A DNA stretch of 38,261 nucleotides from an uncultured Bacteroidota bacterium. Its GTDB lineage: Bacteria; Bacteroidota; Bacteroidia; Bacteroidales; WCHB1-69. The stretch's first letter is position 1. The number at the start of each line of letters is the position of its first letter. Below the pieces are notes generated by a model, which did not search any database, had not been told where the DNA came from, and saw only the letters and a program-made list of their open reading frames with translations. This document shows, piece by piece, positions 9,111 to 18,005 of this stretch. Location: contig CACYHL010000002.1 in assembly GCA_902774205.1 (NCBI GenBank), positions 7,288 through 45,548 on the forward strand, read 5' to 3'. Position numbers and translations under genes: made by a program.

Positions 9111-10770
9111 CATAATTACGGCAATTCTAACATTAATGGCAGGCATCGGCGTTTTCCTGATGGCCTGTCATTTGATGAGCTCGCATCTTGAGAGTGCGGG
9201 CAGCAAGCGGCTGAAGCAGCTATTTTCAAGCGTAAGCGGGAGTAAATGGACCGGTGTGGGCATCGGTGCTCTTGGTACAGCAGCAATCCAGAGTTCAGGG
9301 GCAGTGACGGTGATGGTAATCGGCTTCGTGAACGTGGGCATCATGTCGCTGGCGCAAGCCTCCACGGTTATCTATGGCGCCAACATCGGCACCACCGTGA
9401 CAGCACAACTGGTGGCCTTGGGTCTGTCCAGTGGGAATGGCATTTCCACCACCATCATATTCTCTGCCCTCGCCGGTGTAGGTGCCTTCATACTGATGTT
9501 CGCCAAACGCGAGTCGTGGAAACACACGGGCGGTATCTTAACTGGCTTCGGCATATTGTTCGTGGGACTTGGCATGATGTCGAACGCCATGGACGACTTC
9601 GCCACACTTGACTCGGTGAAACAATTCCTTGCGAGTATCGAAAACCCGCTTCTAATAGTGTTATTGGGGGCTTTATTCACTGCAATCATCCAAAGCTCTT
9701 CGGTACTCACTTCCATTGCCATCACTATGGTGGTTGCTGGGTTGATTTCGCTCAACCAAGGCATCTATCTCACTATGGGTTCCAACATAGGCTCGTGCGT
9801 CGTAGCCATTCTTGCCGGAATGACAAGTGGCACCAACGCCAAACGGACAGCGCTCATCCACCTGTTTTTCAACATCATGGGCGTGGTGCTGTTTTTGCTG
9901 ATAGCCTTGGTTTTACGCATGGCAACAAACGGAACATGGAGCTTCGGTGCTGTTTTTGAGCATATCTTTCCACATACGCCGCAGGTACAGATGGCAATGT
10001 TCCACACAGTATTCAACGTTTGCACCACCCTTGTGGCTTTGCCGTTGACAGAGAAGCTGGTCAGACTCGTATGCCGAATCATTTCCGACAACGGAGAAAC
10101 ATCACGCGACAACCAGCCGCATCTGTATTTCCTTGACGAAACGATGTTGCGTACACCTGCTTTGGCTGTAAAACAATTAAAATCAGAGATTGAGAACATG
10201 GCAAAACTGTCAATGGACAACTTCCAACGTTCCATAAACATTGTTACCACCATGAATTTCAGCGAAACGAAACAATTCGTCAAGACCGAGAAAGAGCTAA
10301 ACTACCTAAACGGCGAGTTGCTGCGGTATGCGGTGTTACTCTCCGGCAACCAACTCAATAATTCCGATTTGAAATACTTGAACTCGAGCATACGTAGCGT
10401 GAGCGACTTGGAGCGCATTGGCGACTATGCCGAAAATATTGTTGAATACGCCGAAAGCCTTAAGTCGCAAGATGCTTCATTTTCCGAAAAAGCAATTGAT
10501 GAAATCCGCAAGATGGAGAAAAAAATTCTCGACTTGTATGAAGTAATCTGTGACGCTTATCATAACCTCAACCTCAAAGCTTTGGAGTGGGCTTATATCA
10601 TCGAAGATGAGATTGACGACCTTACAGATGAGATGGAGCGCAATCACATCCAGCGACTTGTCAATGGTGAATGCACGCCACAAGTTGGTGCGGAATATCT
10701 TTCTCTGGCGAAAAATGCCGAACGCATCGCAGACCATTTGATTAATGTTGGAAATACGATAAAACAATGA
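9100..10770 (+). CDS. Na+/Pi cotransporter family protein with PhoU domains
   Basis: Two QSSG/QSSS repeats, GANIGTT and GSNIGS, C-terminal DLERIGDYA and ERIADH. Confidence 0.95.
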   Translation: MTISIITAILTLMAGIGVFLMACHLMSSHLESAGSKRLKQLFSSVSGSKWTGVGIGALGTAAIQSSGAVTVMVIGFVNVGIMSLAQASTVIYGANIGTTVTAQLVALGLSSGNGISTTIIFSALAGVGAFILMFAKRESWKHTGGILTGFGILFVGLGMMSNAMDDFATLDSVKQFLASIENPLLIVLLGALFTAIIQSSSVLTSIAITMVVAGLISLNQGIYLTMGSNIGSCVVAILAGMTSGTNAKRTALIHLFFNIMGVVLFLLIALVLRMATNGTWSFGAVFEHIFPHTPQVQMAMFHTVFNVCTTLVALPLTEKLVRLVCRIISDNGETSRDNQPHLYFLDETMLRTPALAVKQLKSEIENMAKLSMDNFQRSINIVTTMNFSETKQFVKTEKELNYLNGELLRYAVLLSGNQLNNSDLKYLNSSIRSVSDLERIGDYAENIVEYAESLKSQDASFSEKAIDEIRKMEKKILDLYEVICDAYHNLNLKALEWAYIIEDEIDDLTDEMERNHIQRLVNGECTPQVGAEYLSLAKNAERIADHLINVGNTIKQ

Positions 10771-10859
10771 CGACTTGGACTTCCATAACCTTGGTCGATA
10801 AATTAAGTGCAATTCAGGCAACGGCTTGGCCCGCAACATTTTTTCATCTTTTTTTAAAA

Positions 10860-10910
10860 ATATCGTTCACGATATAAATTATTTTTGTGTTTTTGCATCG
10901 TGAACGATAT
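10860..10910. promoter_or_regulatory. Two palindromic MarR/OhrR operator-like boxes flanking the promoter
   Basis: ATATCGT-TC-ACGATAT at 10860-10875; 10897-10910 is the exact reverse complement of 10860-10873. Confidence 0.75.
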
Positions 10911-10917
10911 AAAAACA

Positions 10918-11361
10918 ATGGCAGAAGAGCAATTCAAATTAGAGAACCAACTTTGTTTCCGTCTCTACACGGCGGCGCGGCTGACTATGGGGGCATATCA
11001 TCCGTATTTGGAACCGCTGGGCATCACCTATCCGCAATACCTCGTGCTGCTCGTGTTGTGGGAAAAGGACAAACGACCGGTATGTGACATAGGCAAACGT
11101 CTGCTCTTGGAGACCAACACCATCACCCCGCTCCTGCAACGTATGGAGAAAGCGGGATTGGTGACCCGCACGCGCGGCAAGGAGGATTCGCGCCAGCGTA
11201 TCGTCTCGCTTACGGAAAAAGGAGATGACCTGCGAAATCAGGCGGCCGTCATCCACGAGAGTTTGCGTAAGGAGGTGGCATTGAAATTGAGTGAGGAGAA
11301 AGAGATGGTTCCAATGCTTGATAAATTGATTGAAGAATTACAAAAACTCAATAAAAAATAA
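10918..11361 (+). CDS. MarR family regulator, OhrR-like
   Basis: LENQLCFRLY with the sensor Cys, GITYPQYLVLLVLWE, TITPLLQRME, DSR. Confidence 0.93.
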   Translation: MAEEQFKLENQLCFRLYTAARLTMGAYHPYLEPLGITYPQYLVLLVLWEKDKRPVCDIGKRLLLETNTITPLLQRMEKAGLVTRTRGKEDSRQRIVSLTEKGDDLRNQAAVIHESLRKEVALKLSEEKEMVPMLDKLIEELQKLNKK

Positions 11362-11386
11362 TATTAACATTCAAAATTTAAAAGTT

Positions 11387-11848
11387 ATGACAAAAGAAGA
11401 AGCAATGAAAGGCCTGGCATACGCCGGCGCAGTATGGTTTGGAAACAGCAAGCAGCATTTCGCCTTCTCGGCTTATTGCCGTCTGCAAGGCTGGAACAAG
11501 TTGGCTGACAAGTGGAAAGAGGAAGCCGAAGAGGAATGGGAAGAAGCTGAAGAGGTGCTGAACCGTTTGGTGGAACTCGGATGCAAACCCGCTGATCTTC
11601 AAGAAGCCATGAAGACCATCGAGTTCCCCTTCTACGATGACCCGAAACAGCAGATCGAGTCGGATTACCAACCCGATGCCGTAAAGGAAATGAGCCTGCT
11701 CGCAGAGGCGTTCGCTGATGATTATCCCACGCAGAAGCTGATCCAGAAATGGATTGACGGCGAGAAGGAACACATGGCCTGGGAGATGCAGTATCTCAAC
11801 TACATCGACAAGCTGGGCTACGAGAATTTCCTCACGGCGATGATGTAG
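11387..11848 (+). CDS. Ferritin-like (bacterioferritin-related) protein
   Basis: GWNKLA...EAEEE...RLVELG, DYPT...GEKEH, IDKLGYENFL pattern of the bacterioferritin fold. Confidence 0.8.
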   Translation: MTKEEAMKGLAYAGAVWFGNSKQHFAFSAYCRLQGWNKLADKWKEEAEEEWEEAEEVLNRLVELGCKPADLQEAMKTIEFPFYDDPKQQIESDYQPDAVKEMSLLAEAFADDYPTQKLIQKWIDGEKEHMAWEMQYLNYIDKLGYENFLTAMM

Positions 11849-11874
11849 TTTCAGGTTTCAACATTCAAACTGAT

Positions 11875-12048
11875 ATGAAAGAGAAAGTATTACAAGCCAT
11901 GCGTGAGTTCGGTGCTCCCGTCAACGCAGGCAAAATCGCAGAAATCACAGGTATCGACCGCAAGGAGGTTGACAAAGCCTTTGCCGAACTGAAAAAGGAA
12001 GGCGCCATCGTGTCGCCAGTCCGTTGCAAATGGGAACCGGCAAAGTAA
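11875..12048 (+). CDS. Small winged-helix protein (57 aa; absent from ORF track)
   Basis: Hand translation: MKEKVLQAMREFGAPVNAGKIAEITGIDRKEVDKAFAELKKEGAIVSPVRCKWEPAK; fills the operon gap exactly. Confidence 0.88.
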   Translation: MKEKVLQAMREFGAPVNAGKIAEITGIDRKEVDKAFAELKKEGAIVSPVRCKWEPAK

Positions 12049-12060
12049 TCTAAAAGAACA

Positions 12061-13191
12061 ATGAAAATCCTTCTTGTCATAGATACTTACGATACCAACA
12101 ACAATGGTACCAGTATCTCTGCACAGCGTTTTGCCGCAGTGCTGCGCAAACACGGGAACGAGGTGAAGATTCTCACCACGGGCAAACCGGCACCTGACAA
12201 GTTTGCGCTCAAAGAGTTCAAAGTGCCAGTATTCAACGACCTGATTCACTCACATGGTTTTCAGTTTGCGAAAGTGGACTTGGACATTATACGTGAGGCG
12301 GTCAGGTGGGCGGATGTGGTCCACTGCATGATGCCGTTTGTCCTGGAGACAGTGACGAAGCAAATTGCTGACAAAATGCACAAACCCTCCACGGCGGCAT
12401 TTCATATCCAGCCCGAAAACATGACTTCATCTGTTGGCTTGGGAAAAGTGGAGTGGGTAAACAATCGTTTTTATGAGACCTTCAATTTCTTGTTGTACCA
12501 ACATTTTTCGCATATTCATGTGCCGTCCCAGTTCATGGCCGATGAGCTTATCAAGCGCAATTACAAAGCGAAGATTCATGTGATTTCAAACGGTATCGAT
12601 CCGGCGTTTCATTATACGAAACGACCGAAAGAACCGCAGTATGAAGGCAAAATTCTGATTGTGATGGTGGGCCGCTTGTCTGCTGAAAAGCGTCAGGATG
12701 TGATCATCAACGCAGTGCCGCTTTCCAAGTATGCCGACAAAATCCAGCTCGTTTTTGCTGGCAAAGGGCCTAAACACGACGAGTATGTAAAGCTCGGGGA
12801 GAAGCTGAAGAATCCGCCACAATTTGTGTTCCTCAGCAAGCCTGAACTTATTAACTTGCTGGCTCAGACGGACTTGTATGTCCATGCAAGCGACATGGAG
12901 AGTGAGGCTATATCATGCATAGAGGCGTTCGCCACGGGATTGGTGCCGGTTATCGCCAATTCGGAGGTGAGTGCCACCCCGCAATTTGCCCTCGACGGAC
13001 GTTCGCTCTTTTTGCCCGGCAGTCCGAAAGATTTGGCTCGCAGCGTCGACTGGTGGCTCGACCATCCTGAGGAAAAACAAAAAATGGAAAAGGAGTATGC
13101 CGAATTTGCAAAACGGTATAACATCGATGAAAGCGTGCGTCAGTGTGAGGAGATGTTTCGTGAAGCCATTGAAGAAGTGTCACGGTCGTAA
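12061..13191 (+). CDS. GT4 family glycosyltransferase
   Basis: NNGT, ISNGID, VGRLSAEK, ESEAISCIEA (E-x7-E motif). Confidence 0.93.
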   Translation: MKILLVIDTYDTNNNGTSISAQRFAAVLRKHGNEVKILTTGKPAPDKFALKEFKVPVFNDLIHSHGFQFAKVDLDIIREAVRWADVVHCMMPFVLETVTKQIADKMHKPSTAAFHIQPENMTSSVGLGKVEWVNNRFYETFNFLLYQHFSHIHVPSQFMADELIKRNYKAKIHVISNGIDPAFHYTKRPKEPQYEGKILIVMVGRLSAEKRQDVIINAVPLSKYADKIQLVFAGKGPKHDEYVKLGEKLKNPPQFVFLSKPELINLLAQTDLYVHASDMESEAISCIEAFATGLVPVIANSEVSATPQFALDGRSLFLPGSPKDLARSVDWWLDHPEEKQKMEKEYAEFAKRYNIDESVRQCEEMFREAIEEVSRS

Positions 13192-13214
13192 AACAATGGA
13201 CATCTCTAATCTTT

Positions 13215-13246
13215 AAGTCGCAGTTTTCGGACTGCGACTTTTTTTT
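13215..13246 (+). terminator. Intrinsic terminator
   Basis: AAGTCGCAGT-TTTCGG-ACTGCGACTT perfect 10-bp stem followed by a T run. Confidence 0.85.
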
Positions 13247-13363
13247 CAGAGATTTGTCTAAAATAAAAAATAGATTATCATTAAACCTTTTTTTTGTGTT
13301 CACGTCTATAATCTTTCGTGTACACACCACATCTTTATACACTTTTAATAATTCGGACCATTT

Positions 13364-15271
13364 ATGAAAAAAATGATAACCTTTTTGTGTGCGTTGTTTG
13401 TACTTGTATTTAGCGTACACAGCCAGAACCGTATTGTTTGTGATGAAACTTGTAAGATAGAGTCTGGCGCGGACATGTCGCACCAGCAGTCGGGGGGCAA
13501 TTACGCCGTGGTGTCGCCCGTCGGACGCAGCTCCGTAAAGATGATTGAGCAGGCACCCCGTTTGGAGACGTTGGAAGGCAAGACCATCGCCGTTGTGGGC
13601 GAAAGTTTCATGACTCACGTCACCCATCCGGAAATCAAACGCCTGATTTTGAAGAACTATCCGACCGCCAAGGTCATTTTGCTGGATGAAATCGGCGAGG
13701 CGGGACCGTTTCCCGCACCGGGCGTCACCCGCAAGAGAAAAGAAGAGTTCGAAGCCAAGTTGAAAGAGATGCACGTAGATGCAGTCATCGCGGGCAACGG
13801 CGGCTGCGGTCTGTGCACCCCGAAAGAGACCGGCTCGTGCCTTACCGCCGAATATATCGGCATCCCTTCCGTCATTATCGCCGGTCCCGGCTTTGCCGAC
13901 CAAGCCTATTATACCGCCTACAACAACGGCGTGCCTGTGATGCGCGTGGCCGTCTATCCCGGCGCTTTCGCCACCCACACCAACGAGGAGCTGATCCGCA
14001 ACACCCGCGAGGTGCTGTGGCCGCAGATTGTGGAAGCCCTCACCAAACCCATCACGCAGGAGGAGCTGGACCGCAGTGCCAGCCGCGACCATGGCGACCT
14101 CCGCGACGATGTTTTCTACGGCACCCTTGACGAGGTGAATGCCTATTTCAAGGAGAACAACTGGAGCGACGGCCTCCCCTTCATCCCCCCCACTTTTGAA
14201 AAAGTAAACGAATACCTCAAATATACCGACTATGCTTGGAACGAGGTGATCGCCACGCTGCCGCCCGCCCACCGCAGCACTACCACGTGGCACGTGGCCG
14301 TCAACGCGGTAATGTCCGGTTGCAAACCGGAGTACATGCCCATCCTGATCGCGCTCACCAAGGCGATGGGCGACGGCAACTTCCGCCGCACGCTCGCCAG
14401 CACCCACGCGTGGATTCCCTTCTGCTGGCTCAACGGTCCCGTGGCCCGTCAGTTGGGCATCGACAGCGGACAGGGGCAAATCAACGAGGAGGCCAACATC
14501 GCCATTGGTCGTTTCATGAACCTTGCGATGATGAACCTCGCCGGCTACTATGTGAAACAGGACCGCATGGGCACTTTCGGCTATCCGATTTCATGGTGCA
14601 TGGTGGAAGACGATGCCGCCTGCCAGCGCGTGGGTTGGAATCCCTACCACGTGCAGCAGGGCTTCAATATGAATGACAACACCATCACGGCCAGCTCTAC
14701 GCTGCTGTGGGGCAACAACATGGCGCCCTCCACCACCAATCCCGAGAAGGTGATGCTGCTGCTGGCGTGGGACATCACCGAGCGCTGCCAGTTCGCCCTC
14801 GGCAGCGGCCGCCAGTTCACCAACCGCACCATTCTGATGACCGAGCCTGTGGCTGCCACGTTGGCCAAGAAGTACAAATCCACCGACGCGTTAGATAAGA
14901 CTCTGGTAAGTGTGGCCCGCCGTCCCTCCAAGGAGCGCGCCTTTGCCAACTACTATGCCAACCCGGGCAGCGAGAAGGATGGCGGTGAGCACACGTTACG
15001 CGAGTACAGCGCCCACATAAAGAAAGCTGAGCACGCCGCCATGACCGACACGCCGCCGTGGTACGACAGCGACGCGCAGCAGATCAGCACCATCCCCACC
15101 ATGCAGGCCGGTGCCACCGCCTACCTCATCACCGGCGACGCGGCCCGCAACAAGGTGCAGACCATGCCCGGCGGCGGCAGCGCCACCGTAAAAATTGAGC
15201 TGCCGAAAAACTGGGACAAACTGATGGAAGAGCTGGGGTATGAGGCGTTGAAGGAGTTTTATATCAAGTGA
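13364..15271 (+). CDS. Exported UGSC-family-like CxxC protein (fused domains)
   Basis: Signal peptide; APRLETLEGKTI, GGCGLCTP, then WSDGLPFIPPT...AVNAVMSGCKPEY domain. Confidence 0.75.
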   Translation: MKKMITFLCALFVLVFSVHSQNRIVCDETCKIESGADMSHQQSGGNYAVVSPVGRSSVKMIEQAPRLETLEGKTIAVVGESFMTHVTHPEIKRLILKNYPTAKVILLDEIGEAGPFPAPGVTRKRKEEFEAKLKEMHVDAVIAGNGGCGLCTPKETGSCLTAEYIGIPSVIIAGPGFADQAYYTAYNNGVPVMRVAVYPGAFATHTNEELIRNTREVLWPQIVEALTKPITQEELDRSASRDHGDLRDDVFYGTLDEVNAYFKENNWSDGLPFIPPTFEKVNEYLKYTDYAWNEVIATLPPAHRSTTTWHVAVNAVMSGCKPEYMPILIALTKAMGDGNFRRTLASTHAWIPFCWLNGPVARQLGIDSGQGQINEEANIAIGRFMNLAMMNLAGYYVKQDRMGTFGYPISWCMVEDDAACQRVGWNPYHVQQGFNMNDNTITASSTLLWGNNMAPSTTNPEKVMLLLAWDITERCQFALGSGRQFTNRTILMTEPVAATLAKKYKSTDALDKTLVSVARRPSKERAFANYYANPGSEKDGGEHTLREYSAHIKKAEHAAMTDTPPWYDSDAQQISTIPTMQAGATAYLITGDAARNKVQTMPGGGSATVKIELPKNWDKLMEELGYEALKEFYIK

Positions 15272-15350
15272 GGCTTCTCTGCTGCACGCACGCCATTCCG
15301 CGAAACTTGAAAGCGTTTGGCAGAATTTTCACCTGTTTTCAGTGGCAAGC

Positions 15351-15980
15351 TCACACCTCGCCGCTGCCTTGCATGAGAGAACGCAAACGCTGTACCTCTT
15401 CCTTTAACTGCTTCATCTCATCATCGTTCTCCCTTCGTATCGAATGACGTAACTTGAACATGGCGAGATTCAGCTCGAAGAAAGTCTCGGTGCTCTTTTT
15501 CGGAAGCATGTCGGCGATGATGTCTTCCACCAATTGTCCGCCACGATGCAGCAGCTGTTTCTGTATGACAGTATCATCTTCCTGTTGTGGGATTTCCACA
15601 ATTACCCGCGATAGTTCCTTCAGTTTGGCGTATGCCTACACAATGGCGATGGTAGTCTGTACCGCTTTCGGACTTTTCAGAATCGTAGCCAGCATATAGA
15701 GACCCTTCTCGGTAAAGGCTTTGGGAGGATACTTTGTGTGTTGACCTCTACCAGCATTCTTTAAGGTCGAAAATTTCGACCTTAAAGAATTAATCTCTTG
15801 ATTATCAACCTCAAAAATATAGCCCTCAGGGAATTTTTCTGGGTTGTTGCTTACCGCTTCATTGATGCGTTTGGTCTCCACACCGTACAGTTCAGCGACA
15901 TCGCAGTCGAGGATTACCTGCTGGTTGCGCAGGGTGATGATTTTTTCTTCCACGTTGGAAACAATTTCTTGCTGTTTCAT
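15351..15980 (-). pseudogene. ORF6N/KilA-N-like DNA-binding protein interrupted by an in-frame TAG
   Basis: LDCDVAELYGVETKRINEAV...KFP...AFTEKGLYMLATILKS; reads ...TIAIV*AYAKLKELSR... in one frame, with the stop at 15636-15638. Confidence 0.85.
15756..15790. repeat. Perfect 17-bp inverted repeat with 1-nt spacer
   Basis: ATTCTTTAAGGTCGAAA-A-TTTCGACCTTAAAGAAT. Confidence 0.95.
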
Positions 15981-16255
15981 GATTTTAGATTTGGTTAGAA
16001 ATTTAAATGAGTTAACGACTGTAAATATACAACAACGGGAAGGTCATTTTCAAGGGGTGTTGAAAAATATTTCATTGAAAATCAATATGATAAAATGGCA
16101 GATTTTTATCAAAAAATTGCCATTTTTTTACGATGAAATCACAAACGGGCGAAAAAGTGCCATTTTTGTTCTGCCACATTTTTGCAGAGAAAATTTTGAT
16201 TTCGGAGTTTTTGGGGGCGAGGTTGCAGAAAAATTAGAAAAGAGTGAATGAGATT

Positions 16256-17053
16256 TTACTTTTCTCTTGAAGAAATCCCCTTAACGAGGCGTTTTTCTTT
16301 TTCGAAAAGCAAATGCATAAACAATACTTTTTCATTTTTGGCATTGTATGACACCTCCATGGTCGATGAGCGCTCCAGCAATGGCATAATCTCCCCAAAT
16401 GGGAATATGACACGCAAAATACCAGCCCCGTAGTCATCATCGTCAATCATTTCCGCATCGGTTGCATGCAGGGTGGTGATCTCCTCATTCTCATCGAAAA
16501 ACTTAATCGTCAAATCCTCCATAATGGTGTCGGAGTAGTTGGATACCACAAACATACATTTCTGCTCCCCCCTATTCGACAGCAGAATGATATTGGTGAA
16601 GCGGTCATACATTTCCCAACTCCCCCTGAACAGCGTGGTGTAGGCTATGGCTTCAGAATCCGTTTTCGACATAGTCCACAAATAGGGCATGGGCGTGATT
16701 CTGTCGGTCACATTATCATCAAGCCGTTCATCCAATATGACAGGCATCGTGATATACCGGGCGTATCCCCGCAACCACATATTAAATTCCAAGTCCTGAC
16801 AATGGTGTATGGTAAATTCCAGCGTGTCCATAAGGCGATACATCTGCGTGTTCAGTTCCTTGGCTGGAGTTGTTTTGTCTTCCAACATCGACAGACTTGA
16901 TTTACAAAACTCGGAAATCTGATCGATTCGTTGCGCATCATACACATAGTTCGTGCTATCGGGAGGCGTGCCAACCGGTTCTGAGGGAGTATTGCATTCT
17001 GCCAGAGTGGAGGAAAGCAGCATTATTATAGAAAGACAAAATATTTTTTTCAT
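16256..17053 (-). CDS. Hypothetical exported/lipoprotein, paralog of 17074-17916
   Basis: Signal peptide ending LAEC; shares DTLE, YLW, FP..I and TM.(V/I)SY motifs with its neighbour. Confidence 0.8.
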   Translation of the reverse strand: MKKIFCLSIIMLLSSTLAECNTPSEPVGTPPDSTNYVYDAQRIDQISEFCKSSLSMLEDKTTPAKELNTQMYRLMDTLEFTIHHCQDLEFNMWLRGYARYITMPVILDERLDDNVTDRITPMPYLWTMSKTDSEAIAYTTLFRGSWEMYDRFTNIILLSNRGEQKCMFVVSNYSDTIMEDLTIKFFDENEEITTLHATDAEMIDDDDYGAGILRVIFPFGEIMPLLERSSTMEVSYNAKNEKVLFMHLLFEKEKRLVKGISSREK

Positions 17054-17073
17054 AATCAATTTATTTTTTCTCA

Positions 17074-17916
17074 TTACTTATGGCTGTCGCAATACGCCTT
17101 TAAGTCATCGTAATATATTTCCTTGAAATATAGGAGACTATGCATCAGGCTTTCGTCATCATACGAAATGACCATCGTAGTTGCATGGGACATGCAATCA
17201 AGTATTTTCTCTAATGGAAAATAATACACGGCATAGGGGTTGGGAGTAATCTTGACAGCATCATTTATGGATATCGTATGCAGCAGTTCCATGGTTCCGT
17301 TTTCCTCATTAATCATTTTTTCAGCGTCATAGAAATCAATACGGAAACTACTGGCATCCAGAATGATGGGCAAGTCCACACCTAATACAAGTGGACAGTT
17401 TTTACTTTTATTGTAATGGATAGACAGCATTATAGTTCTGAAAATTGTATTTTCGAATCTTTCGTAATTCATAGAAAACACTTCCGTCTCCATGTGGAGA
17501 GAATCCGCATTATGATATTCAGTTGACCAAAGATAGCTTGAGCGCATTACACGTTCAAATCGGTCAAAAACATCTTTGTTTTTGACAGGATGATAAGTGT
17601 GTGCTAATGTATAGCTCAAATCATAAGTAACAAATCGGAAAAAAACTCGTGAATTAATGTCATCATCATGCATTATAGCATGTTCAAGAGTGTCAGCGAG
17701 TCGATCCACTTCTGATAGAAATGCCTCATCAGTAGCCCCTTCTTCTATCTTGTCATACACCATAGAAATCTGGCCATGGATAGAATCTATTCGTTCTGGC
17801 AAGTACACCTCATATCCGTAATTCCTGTCATCCTCTGCAATGTTATTGCTGACAGTCTTTTTGCTGCAACCTGTTATAAGTGCAATCGAAAGGATAAATA
17901 GGACGATATTTTTCAT
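17074..17916 (-). CDS. Hypothetical lipoprotein
   Basis: MKNIVLFILSIALITGC lipobox. Confidence 0.82.
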   Translation of the reverse strand: MKNIVLFILSIALITGCSKKTVSNNIAEDDRNYGYEVYLPERIDSIHGQISMVYDKIEEGATDEAFLSEVDRLADTLEHAIMHDDDINSRVFFRFVTYDLSYTLAHTYHPVKNKDVFDRFERVMRSSYLWSTEYHNADSLHMETEVFSMNYERFENTIFRTIMLSIHYNKSKNCPLVLGVDLPIILDASSFRIDFYDAEKMINEENGTMELLHTISINDAVKITPNPYAVYYFPLEKILDCMSHATTMVISYDDESLMHSLLYFKEIYYDDLKAYCDSHK

Positions 17917-18005
17917 AAAGCAGTTGTTTTCAACGTTCAATGTCGCAGTGTATGGTTTTCTATTTTTTACTGCCCCCCAAACCGTCAATCATTAAAAAAA
18001 ATAAG

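Noticed and set aside
15636-15638. Stop-codon reassignment or pyrrolysine
   Set aside because: TAG terminates other genes normally in this window, and this is a single case.
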